Assembly: GCA_019057385.1 (NCBI GenBank)
Contig: JAHQJS010000007.1
Location: 587,685 to 651,684, forward strand
DNA length: 64,000 nucleotides
From: Candidatus Borrarchaeum weybense
Lineage (GTDB): Archaea > Asgardarchaeota > Sifarchaeia > Borrarchaeales > Borrarchaeaceae
Reading direction: 5' to 3'
Shown here: positions 18,293 to 27,127 of the stretch, piece by piece
Layout of the letters: each line of letters begins with the position of its first letter
How positions within the stretch are numbered: position 1 is the first letter of the stretch
Notes under the pieces: model-generated
Told to the model about the DNA's origin: nothing
Databases searched by the model: none
What the model saw: only the letters and a program-made list of their open reading frames with translations
Program-made: the position numbers and the translations under genes

Positions 18293-18585
18293 AAAATATC
18301 GAGAAGGTAGATGTTTCATATGATAAGGAAAGAGACGTTCTTTACATCAGTTTTGGGCATCCACAGCCAGCTGATGACTCTGAATTGACAGATAAAGACA
18401 TTATTATTCGTTATAAAGAAAATAAAGTCATAGGATTGTCTGTATTGAGTTTTTCAAAACGTCTACAACACTAAATGCACTTTTTTCGTCTATTGTTTTT
18501 GAGACTTTTTCAATGTCATTTAATTTGCAGTTCGTCTCTGATGAGAAGATTTAATGAAATTATTGATTTGCGTGAATTATTGATT
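18246..18585 (+). repeat. about 340-bp direct repeat, copy 2
   Basis: Near-identical to 15908-16248. Confidence 0.95.
18277..18474 (+). CDS. DUF2283 family antitoxin-like protein
   Basis: VSYDKERDVLYISF...VIGLSVL. Confidence 0.85.
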   Translation: METIIENIEKVDVSYDKERDVLYISFGHPQPADDSELTDKDIIIRYKENKVIGLSVLSFSKRLQH

Positions 18586-18918
18586 TCACGTAATTGATGT
18601 TATCAGTACAAATCTTTTTTATTCATAATAATTATACGAGAGAGTATGATTATTTTGTGGTCTTAGACGAATTATGTTTAGTTAAGGCGTTGAAAAACAG
18701 CTAAATTTACAATTAAAGATTAGACTTCAAATTATTTTTAGAATTTAATTATAACGCTTTTTTTATTGATTATTAGTTTATTAAGTATTATTTAAAGAAT
18801 CTTTGAAAACAATTACAAATTCTAGCAAGTTGTTTTCAAATAGCCTATGTCAAAAATATTAATCAATAGTGTATTTTTGTGATGCAAGTTTTGTGGATCA
18901 AAGATAATTTGCTTTGAA

Positions 18919-19563
18919 TCAAGATTTTGGAGTTTGGATAAACTCTCTCAACTCATCAAGTCCTCTTAGGTGGTATGTTGGTATCTGAAAAGCAGCAAAT
19001 GGATATTGAATACGGTGACGTGTCATCCAGTGTATTGGTCCTTTTTTTCCACAAGGATATTTCTGAATATTCTCCGCATATATCCAGCCAATAGGAAACC
19101 AAGCATTTATGTCATTGAAATTGTCCTCACGAATTACGGTTCCCATGAAGATTATGTCATATTTTGCAATAAGATCCTTTTGACCAGCGTGATATAATCG
19201 ATTGCCATAATACTCATTGTATTTTATCTTCTTAGTGATTACATCCCACACATAACGTTCAGGAATAGATTCAGTCTTTATGTCAATAACTAATTTGTTT
19301 ATCAAGATATCATTTGAATCAATAGTCTCATAATTTGGTCTAATACCCGTTCTCCAGTCCAAGTCTAATAAAATCCTCGCTGCAAATTCACCAAAGAATC
19401 CTATCATCATAATTTCCTGAAAGCTATAGAGATGATCCGTTTGTATAAAATGATGCTTGATGAAAGCTTCACGTTTTTCAGCTTCAGTTTTTGCTCTGTT
19501 TTTCATTTCATAAGTGATTTTTACACCATGGTATTTTGTTATAGTGTTTTCAGAGATGGGCAT
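18919..19563 (-). CDS. putative PD-(D/E)XK nuclease / restriction-endonuclease-like protein
   Basis: GFFGEFAA helix followed by D...IDIKT motif. Confidence 0.5.
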   Translation of the reverse strand: MPISENTITKYHGVKITYEMKNRAKTEAEKREAFIKHHFIQTDHLYSFQEIMMIGFFGEFAARILLDLDWRTGIRPNYETIDSNDILINKLVIDIKTESIPERYVWDVITKKIKYNEYYGNRLYHAGQKDLIAKYDIIFMGTVIREDNFNDINAWFPIGWIYAENIQKYPCGKKGPIHWMTRHRIQYPFAAFQIPTYHLRGLDELREFIQTPKS

Positions 19564-19736
19564 TACCTTCTCCCTAATGAAATCTTTGTATCTAGTTATA
19601 GTAAATAATAAATAAAAATTATTAAATTAGAAAGCATTAAATCTTAGATTTTATAATTACATAAATTGCTGCAAATTAGCTAAGTTTCTAGATTTAACAC
19701 TAGAAGAATATCCTCAAAAAAATTGCAGGGAAAAAA

Positions 19737-20207
19737 ATGAGAAATGACTTAAATAGGAAAGGATTATTAATAAGACAACCCTTCGCATCAAAAATTGTTC
19801 AAGGTGATTTCCCGGTTCTTTTTAGAAAAAGAAAGACTGCAAATAGGGGTGAAATTATTATTCTTTCGACAAAGACACCAGATAAGAAATTGTACCCAAA
19901 GGGAAATATCAATACTGCAAAATATCCTTTAGGCGTCGCTGTAGGAACAGTTGAACTCGTTGATGTATTAAAAACGACACAATCAGAAATTAAGAGATTA
20001 AAAAAATTCAAAACACGTGAAGGAAAAGAAATTATGCTTAAAGAAAAATTCTTGAATGCTTACCCATGGCATACTTCTCACAAAGAAAAAAAGTCTCCCA
20101 TTTTTATATGGCTTCTTAAAAACCCGCAAGAATGGACTAACCCACCAACTTATGAAATTACTGGACAACCCCATGTCTGGACTACAAATTTTCTGTTAAA
20201 AAAGTGA
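19737..20207 (+). CDS. ASCH (PUA-like) domain protein
   Basis: GLLIRQPFASKIVQG, RGEIII, PLGVAVGTVELVDV, FIWLLKNP, GQPHVW. Confidence 0.75.
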   Translation: MRNDLNRKGLLIRQPFASKIVQGDFPVLFRKRKTANRGEIIILSTKTPDKKLYPKGNINTAKYPLGVAVGTVELVDVLKTTQSEIKRLKKFKTREGKEIMLKEKFLNAYPWHTSHKEKKSPIFIWLLKNPQEWTNPPTYEITGQPHVWTTNFLLKK

Positions 20208-20398
20208 CATAATTCAAAATAACAGACTTTTTAGATGTTTTTAATAGCAAAAACCTAATGACCAAGTCTAAAAAAAGGGCATACTGATTTTTCTTGAAAA
20301 TATAAAATCATATAAAGCTTTTTATTCAGTCCAAATAATTTAAATAGTCTTTGACATAATTTTTTCCAAAGATTATAGATATAAAGGACGGAAATTCA

Positions 20399-21274
20399 TT
20401 GACTTTAAAAAAGAAAAATGATAGTGAGCCAAGAAATGAAATCGATCCAAGAAATGATTTAAACGATTTAACAAGTAAAGAATGGGTTAAAAGAACAAAA
20501 AGTATTTGGTATAGTCAACCACCACAAAGAGATAAGCTAAAAATTCAACATCCCGCAACTTTTGCTGAATCTGATATTGAAGAATTGCTTTTATTTTTTA
20601 CAAAAAGGGGAAATAAAGTTTTAGATCCATTTCTAGGTGTTGGTAGTACCCTTATAGCTTGTTATAATAAAGATAGACATGGGATCGGGATAGAATTAAT
20701 TAATAAATGGGTTGAAATTGCTAGAAAAAGGGTGAAATTAGTTACTTCACAACTCAAGCTAGATCAAATAAATAAGGAGGAGAGAATAACGCAAACCATT
20801 ATTCATGGCGACGCGAGGGAAAAGATGAAAGACTTTAATGACAATGAATTTGATTTTATTGTAACTAGTCCACCTTATTGGAAAATACTTAGAAAAGCAG
20901 TTGATCATAAAAGCAAACAAGAGAGAATTAACAAGGGGCTACCAACTAAATACAGTGAACATGAAGCAGATTTAGGGAATATTACAGAATACAGCGAATT
21001 CTTAAATGAACTAAAAAGGATTTTCGCGCAGTGTTATCGAGTTCTAAAGAAAAAGAAGTATATGTGTGTCATAATTACTGATTTCAGAATACGTCAAAGA
21101 TTTATCATGTATCATGCTGATTTGGCTCAAAGAATTTGTGAACTTGGGTTTATTTTAAAAGCAGCAAATATATTAGTTCAAGATAGCAAAACACTTTATC
21201 CTTATGGTTATCCTTTTGACTATGTTCCAAATGTACATCACCAATTTATATTAATATTTAGAAAGCCTGAATAA
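20399..21274 (+). CDS. amino-DNA methyltransferase (N4-cytosine/N6-adenine type)
   Basis: HPATF, VLDPFLGVGST (SAM binding), VTSPPYW (catalytic). Confidence 0.9.
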   Translation: MTLKKKNDSEPRNEIDPRNDLNDLTSKEWVKRTKSIWYSQPPQRDKLKIQHPATFAESDIEELLLFFTKRGNKVLDPFLGVGSTLIACYNKDRHGIGIELINKWVEIARKRVKLVTSQLKLDQINKEERITQTIIHGDAREKMKDFNDNEFDFIVTSPPYWKILRKAVDHKSKQERINKGLPTKYSEHEADLGNITEYSEFLNELKRIFAQCYRVLKKKKYMCVIITDFRIRQRFIMYHADLAQRICELGFILKAANILVQDSKTLYPYGYPFDYVPNVHHQFILIFRKPE

Positions 21275-21282
21275 ATGCTTTC

Positions 21283-22932
21283 TTGGAGGTTGTCCCTATG
21301 ACGGCGGAAGGTGAAGTTTCTTGTGGTGTTATAAAATGGCTTATAGACCAACAAATAGATTGGAATCAAGAAAAGCACAGAATGGATATTGGTTTCTGGA
21401 TCGATCGGCTTACCTTCAATGCTGCATGCGACTTTTTGGAAACAAATCAGAATGAAAACGATCTTGTTCAAAGTCTTGAGAATGAATTTGGAATTAGTAG
21501 CGAGTATTTGGAAAAACATTGGTTAGGAGTACAAGATTTTTCCATACCATGGGATAATCATAGCTTAACACCTGATATTATGTCTCATGTTTATCATCTT
21601 TCTGATGCGTACTCAGAAACATGGGCAATTGAGTGTAAAGGAGATGCCGTTGACAGCATAAAACGTGGTTTCCTTCAAGTAATAGGTCATGGCAAGGTCG
21701 TAAACAAATCATTTATAGCATTACCAGAAGAGTTTAAGAGTATGGTAATTGACCTCAAAAACAATGGTTACGGTATCCTACCATATAATTCCAATAATAG
21801 AGAAATCATTTTTGAAGATTCAATTCAAACAAAGGCCGATCCTAAGCTTCTTAATTACTTCAATAAATACTTAAGAGATCTTCATTTGAAGAAAAGGGTC
21901 TTACCTTTTCTTTACGGGAAACCTTTTATGCAAAGAAGAATCGCTTTACTAACAAATTTATCTATTGCTCTTCATATTTTTTATAATCAAGAGAAATATA
22001 AAGAAAATGGAATAGAAGAAGCTCGTATTTTTTCTCAAATATTAGAAGCTGGTCAAATGGCAGCGGGGATAAGTAATATTGAACAGCATATCGCTGATTT
22101 AATTGATATGGAATTGATCAATGATAATTATGAGGTTTCTGACAGGGCGAAGAGTTTCTTCCATATTTTAGACAGAGAGCTTGTTGGGAACAACGATATT
22201 GAAAAAATTAATCATTTTAGAGAAATGTTACCTTCTATTCAACAAGGAATTCTTTATCAACAAAGTGAATTCGGTTTTTTTGTCGCCAATTTACTGAAGA
22301 TTTTCCTTTCTTCAAATAAAAGCATTCAGGAGTTTATTGGATGGATATCTCAAGCATCCCAAGAAGCAGGTAGTGACACACCAGTTTTTGCCCATGTTAT
22401 CACAATTGGTCTAAAACAAAACCCACTTCTATTAACCGAAATGCTGCTTTTCAAAAGGACAGCTACAATTCCCAGGTTTCAACTTAACTTGGCAAGACCA
22501 CGACCTAATGCATGTGCAACTTGCCCACGTGAAGATAAAATTGACTTTTGTTTTTGTGGAGGAGACGAAAGCAGAATGTTTGAAGATGTTTATACGAGTC
22601 ACGAACAAAGAGAACCGTTTCAAGAAAGATATAATGAGTTTTTTGATGTTTGGACGAAGACAATCCCTATTGAAATCTTTTCTAGAAATGATCTAAGAAA
22701 TAAATATGTTAAGATTTTCAAATATCAAAATGAGAATGAAGTTGAAATATTGGCTCCATGTTTCATTAAATGTCTGTTACATACAAATATCAACAAAACA
22801 ACAGCAATACTTAAACACATTGGTATTCTAGGAGAAGACGTTAGAAGTGGTTTAAAAGCTGAATTATGTACTAGGTTTGATCCATTATATTTAAATCCTG
22901 AGATGGTAAGGCAGACAGAAATAATTGAATAA
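21283..22932 (+). CDS. putative restriction endonuclease partner of the methyltransferase
   Basis: PD...AIECKG followed by RGFLQ (PD-(D/E)XK pattern); Cys cluster CATC...FCFC; directly downstream of the MTase. Confidence 0.55.
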   Translation: MEVVPMTAEGEVSCGVIKWLIDQQIDWNQEKHRMDIGFWIDRLTFNAACDFLETNQNENDLVQSLENEFGISSEYLEKHWLGVQDFSIPWDNHSLTPDIMSHVYHLSDAYSETWAIECKGDAVDSIKRGFLQVIGHGKVVNKSFIALPEEFKSMVIDLKNNGYGILPYNSNNREIIFEDSIQTKADPKLLNYFNKYLRDLHLKKRVLPFLYGKPFMQRRIALLTNLSIALHIFYNQEKYKENGIEEARIFSQILEAGQMAAGISNIEQHIADLIDMELINDNYEVSDRAKSFFHILDRELVGNNDIEKINHFREMLPSIQQGILYQQSEFGFFVANLLKIFLSSNKSIQEFIGWISQASQEAGSDTPVFAHVITIGLKQNPLLLTEMLLFKRTATIPRFQLNLARPRPNACATCPREDKIDFCFCGGDESRMFEDVYTSHEQREPFQERYNEFFDVWTKTIPIEIFSRNDLRNKYVKIFKYQNENEVEILAPCFIKCLLHTNINKTTAILKHIGILGEDVRSGLKAELCTRFDPLYLNPEMVRQTEIIE

Positions 22933-22942
22933 TGTTTCTTAT

Positions 22943-23380
22943 TTAAGGATGGATGATTTCAAAATCACTTCTTGAGATTTCAATTACTGCTTGACCAAAA
23001 AAATTACTATACCATTTTTCCTTATTTTTGATGAAATTTAACTTGTTAACAAGCGGTTTAATTTGAATTGAATTTGTAAATTTCATTATTCTTTTTAATT
23101 TGACCCTAAAGGGAAAGATAATCCTTATACTAGATTTAAAAACCCTTTTATTATCTTTATATAACTCTGATTTGATTTCGTAAACCCCATAAAAGACACT
23201 TTCGCCAGTGATATACAATAAAACACTGTCACCCACATTTACTTTATTGATGGCTTTCTTATGTCGATCTGAGACACCATAGATACCTTTTTTATCGACG
23301 ATTTCTGCATTATCCCTTCCTGTGACAAAAATAAAGAATTTTTTCAAACAATCAACCTCTCTTCGAGTGTATTTGATCAT
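22943..23380 (-). CDS. EVE domain protein
   Basis: GIYGV...KVNVGDSVLLYI...FPFRVKL...LNFIKNKEKW...IEISRSDFEII. Confidence 0.85.
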   Translation of the reverse strand: MIKYTRREVDCLKKFFIFVTGRDNAEIVDKKGIYGVSDRHKKAINKVNVGDSVLLYITGESVFYGVYEIKSELYKDNKRVFKSSIRIIFPFRVKLKRIMKFTNSIQIKPLVNKLNFIKNKEKWYSNFFGQAVIEISRSDFEIIHP

Positions 23381-23469
23381 AAACAGCTAGATTTATCTAC
23401 TACTTATTCATTACGACTATATAGGCTTTATTAAAAGCCGCGCTTGAAAATACTTTCTTCACTTCTTTT

Positions 23470-23524
23470 CAACTTTTGTATAGATAGTGAAGGTAAACAA
23501 CTTTTGTATAGATAGTAAGGTAAA
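23470..23524 (+). repeat. tandem duplication of a 27-28 bp unit
   Basis: CAACTTTTGTATAGATAGTGAAGGTAAA followed by CAACTTTTGTATAGATAGTAAGGTAAA. Confidence 0.9.
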
Positions 23525-23570
23525 ATACAAACTTCCAAAAACAATTTCTCGTAAAAAGTAAAGGAAATGT

Positions 23571-25241
23571 TTGGTGAAATATATGAATGAATACGATTTC
23601 GTAATTGCAAATGTTAGGCCTAGCAATTGGGAAATATGTATGAGAAATATGTGTCTAGGTGATAAGCCAGGGGGTACCACTTCAACAGGAGGTCGATTTA
23701 CTTCAGGGATTAAACGTGGATCAATTCTTTTGCTGAGACGAGGGAAAGATGAATCCAGGGATCCTCCATATGGCGTTGAGGGGATTTTTGTGATTACTAG
23801 AATTGATGAAGCGACGTTAGATGAAAATGGTAAATTACTATGGCCGGGGAATTGGGAAAATTACGTTTATATTAAACCACTTATTAAATTTGAAAAACCA
23901 TTTTGGGAAGATATGTATCGCGTTAGAAGATCAGATGGCTCTCTAGGTGGATCACAAAGCAAGAAGGTTCCTGGTCTTAAGAATCAACCTCATCTTAATC
24001 TATCTTATTTCAAACTAAAAGATCAAGAAGATACTGCTGGAGAAAACGTACTTCGCAATTATCTTCAGAAGATTCTTGAAGAGAAATATGACGATATAAA
24101 AAAAGTTGGTCTTCAACCTAATTCAACCGAAGAATTTATTGAAGAATTGAATTCTTTGGCAAAAAACAAGTTGTTAGAAGACGAATTGAGTGATACAGTC
24201 ATAGATAGTGCTATAGAAGTTGAAATTGAGGAAATATCTCTGGTTGAGAGAATATTGGGAAAAGAGGATGGAAAAACTCTTGCTATCGATGAAGAAATTG
24301 TGTCGCGAATTTTGACTCACTTAAGCCTTGGAAAACATGTTATAATTCATGGACCGCCAGGAACGGGAAAAACTGAATTAGCAAAACGTATTTTACGTTA
24401 TAAAGGCAAAGAAATATGCGGAAATGAGGATTTCATTACCGCTGTAGCGACTTATGATTGGGGAAGGTTCGAGGTAATTGGGGGAATAGATTTAAACGAA
24501 AAATTCCGAAATGGCTATGTTTTAGAGGCCATCAAGTATAAAAAGTGGCTTCTGATTGATGAATTCAACAGGGCAGATATGAATAAAGCCTTTGGAGAAT
24601 TATTTATGGCGATCGATCATGGAGAAATTCCTCTTAGACCAGGAGAACAACCTGAAGGCATTGATGATGGGTCTGTAGTGCCCATCCCAAAAGAATTTCG
24701 GATAATTGGAACAATGAATGATTATGATAGATCGCTTCTCACAGAACTTTCTTATGGATTACGACGACGTTTTGCCTTTGTAGAACTTCCTTGTCCTGAG
24801 AAGGAACAAGAAATTAGAATCATGAAGGAAAGAACTCAGTTATTTTTAACCAAAGAATGTGAGCTGTATGATATTAAATCTTTTGACGCACATTGGAATG
24901 ATTTAGAGTTCCAAAATGCTCTAAAATCATATCTTGAGTTCATTAACAGTATAAGATCTGTAAGAGTAGTTGGGACTGCTACGAGTATTGATATTGCGAA
25001 ATTTTTGTTCTACGAGATATGGATTGATGAACATATTGAATCACCCTTTGAAGCTTTAGATAATGCACTTGTAGATCTAATTCTTCTACAGTTTGACCGC
25101 TTAGATCTTGAAATCTATAATCACTCGCTTCAGAAAGGAGAAGAAAGCTTCAGTTTTAAGGTTCCCAAATTCCTAGATGAACTCAAACGACTAAGAGACA
25201 CTCTTAAGAAAGGCTTAATTGATTTTAAAGGAGAAGAATGA
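23571..25241 (+). CDS. mcrB: McrB-like AAA+ GTPase with EVE-like N-terminal domain
   Basis: GPPGTGKT, LIDEFNRA, GTMNDYDRS signature, LRRRF; N-terminus SNWEIC...IKRGSILL. Confidence 0.8.
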   Translation: MVKYMNEYDFVIANVRPSNWEICMRNMCLGDKPGGTTSTGGRFTSGIKRGSILLLRRGKDESRDPPYGVEGIFVITRIDEATLDENGKLLWPGNWENYVYIKPLIKFEKPFWEDMYRVRRSDGSLGGSQSKKVPGLKNQPHLNLSYFKLKDQEDTAGENVLRNYLQKILEEKYDDIKKVGLQPNSTEEFIEELNSLAKNKLLEDELSDTVIDSAIEVEIEEISLVERILGKEDGKTLAIDEEIVSRILTHLSLGKHVIIHGPPGTGKTELAKRILRYKGKEICGNEDFITAVATYDWGRFEVIGGIDLNEKFRNGYVLEAIKYKKWLLIDEFNRADMNKAFGELFMAIDHGEIPLRPGEQPEGIDDGSVVPIPKEFRIIGTMNDYDRSLLTELSYGLRRRFAFVELPCPEKEQEIRIMKERTQLFLTKECELYDIKSFDAHWNDLEFQNALKSYLEFINSIRSVRVVGTATSIDIAKFLFYEIWIDEHIESPFEALDNALVDLILLQFDRLDLEIYNHSLQKGEESFSFKVPKFLDELKRLRDTLKKGLIDFKGEE

Positions 25242-26557
25242 TGAAAAAATTTGAAGACTGCGATAAAAAAACGATGTTTATAGATCTTCAAAACCTTATT
25301 CCGCGTTTCTCGAAAATTACAGGCCTTGAAATCGCAAAAGTACTTCGTTTATGTACAGGCCATCAAATTCGCTACTGGGAACATGACCTAAGTGCACTAA
25401 AACGGTTGATTCAGAGTTTTTCCCATGTGTTTTCAATCATACTCTGCCTGGATAAGAGACACTCTTCTGGCACAGAACATCTTCTATCAGTCAGAAAAAA
25501 TTCTATTTTTGGAGACATAGACAGAAAAGAAACTAGGAACGAAATCAGAAATCAAAAAGAAAGAACTAAACTCGTCGTTTGTCATACTCTTAGGAGAACC
25601 AATATCACTCCAGAAAATGTATTGACTGCAGTTATACTAAGATCAATTATTCTATATTGCTCAGAACTTCTCGTAAGTCGTTTCTTTGATAAATTAAAAT
25701 CGGAAGCAGATGAGACGTTCTTAAAGAAATTAGAAGACTACGTTCACGACATAAAAAGTATGTCAAATGAAATGATAATGAGTCGTTGGATCAGAGAAGC
25801 ACTTCAAAAGATTCCAACGACAAGAACAGGTTTAAATATGCTTTTTAAATCCGTTTTACAACGATTACAGCAACAAGAAATATCAACACATTCACATAGA
25901 TATTATAAGGCCCTCATTACATTTTTTAAAAAATGGCAAAGAAGTTATTCGTTTAGTGCGTTTCCAAGTGCAACTTTAAGAGATGAACTTCTCCTCTATT
26001 TTGAATCGAAAAATGAAGATCGATTATACCAAATATGGATCTTTTATAAAGTCTTAGAAGCCCTAGCAAATAAGTTTAAAACTCAAATCTATCAGTTAGA
26101 ACATGCTCATTCCGTATTTGTAGCCCTAGGTGGAAAGTTGATAATTAAACATGAACACAAGTACAAAACGAACTGGATAAGCAAGCGACATAATAAAATA
26201 CTATTCCGAAGACCTGATATCTCAGTTGCATATGACTCAAAAAGGTTTTTAATAGAAGTTAAAAACCGCCATTTCTGGAAAAAAACCGAATCAGGTAAAT
26301 GGAAGATAAATTCGGGCATTATGAACCAGTTATTGGTATATGCACACCTTTCAAAGGTCGCAGAAGTCGAGGAACGAAGCGTTTTATTTGTGGGATCACA
26401 ACCTAAAGATCATTCTCTGAAGGACGTCTGGGAAAACTTAACAGATTTCGGATGTCAAAATCCAAAGAGGATAGTGTGTATCAATCTTCATCCATCTCAA
26501 TCCCCATCAACAATATTAGAGAAACTAAATAATACACTTGGAGAGATAATGGCTTAA
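25238..26557 (+). CDS. McrC-like PD-(D/E)XK nuclease
   Basis: ATGA overlap with mcrB; TPENVL, RLYQIW, RPDI...IEVKNR, QLLVY. Confidence 0.7.
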   Translation: MMKKFEDCDKKTMFIDLQNLIPRFSKITGLEIAKVLRLCTGHQIRYWEHDLSALKRLIQSFSHVFSIILCLDKRHSSGTEHLLSVRKNSIFGDIDRKETRNEIRNQKERTKLVVCHTLRRTNITPENVLTAVILRSIILYCSELLVSRFFDKLKSEADETFLKKLEDYVHDIKSMSNEMIMSRWIREALQKIPTTRTGLNMLFKSVLQRLQQQEISTHSHRYYKALITFFKKWQRSYSFSAFPSATLRDELLLYFESKNEDRLYQIWIFYKVLEALANKFKTQIYQLEHAHSVFVALGGKLIIKHEHKYKTNWISKRHNKILFRRPDISVAYDSKRFLIEVKNRHFWKKTESGKWKINSGIMNQLLVYAHLSKVAEVEERSVLFVGSQPKDHSLKDVWENLTDFGCQNPKRIVCINLHPSQSPSTILEKLNNTLGEIMA

Positions 26558-26727
26558 AACGCTAAATTATAGGCCGTATAGTTGCCATGTGTACGGAAAA
26601 ACATTTTATCTGCTTTGAACTAGCGCTTACTCAATTTCCTTTCGTAATAAAATATGAGGTTTTATGAAACATCCAATAGATACTTTTGAGTGGAATTTAT
26701 ACCTTCAAATCGGAGCACTGCAAATCT

Positions 26728-26759
26728 AAAGATACTCTTTAGCTTCTTTTGTAACAAAA
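26728..26759 (+). repeat. 32-bp imperfect direct repeat, copy 1
   Basis: AAAGATACTCTTTAGCTTCTTTTGTAACAAAA, 30/32 identical to 32329-32360. Confidence 0.8.
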
Positions 26760-27127
26760 ACCTCTCTTTCCCTAATTCTGTTTAATAGAGATCTCTAGTT
26801 AAATCAAAAGCGATTTTAAACGACACTTTATCAAATACCGCTCTCACTATCTAACTCACTCGATACTTTCGATATGGACTGTAGCCTATCGTACCCAATT
26901 AAAACCGACCAAGAATTACATTTTCAGATAACCTACCTAAATTTCATAGTTTATGGTATTCACCGAAATATTCTTTTAAATCTTAGAATTTTTGTTTTTC
27001 TCATCGAAAATATTTTTGGATTATTTGTTCGAATTTCTTAGAATCTATAACTTTATCTTCATCTGTGATAATAAGTTTCTCAGAAAAACCATTCATTTAA
27101 ATTCTTTTATTTCACTTAATATGTGTT

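Noticed and set aside
5218-18585. Archaeal integron (integrase plus TA cassette array)
   Set aside because: No recurring attC-like palindromes between the small genes, mixed gene orientations, no visible IntI-specific insertion, and carAB separates the integrase from the patch
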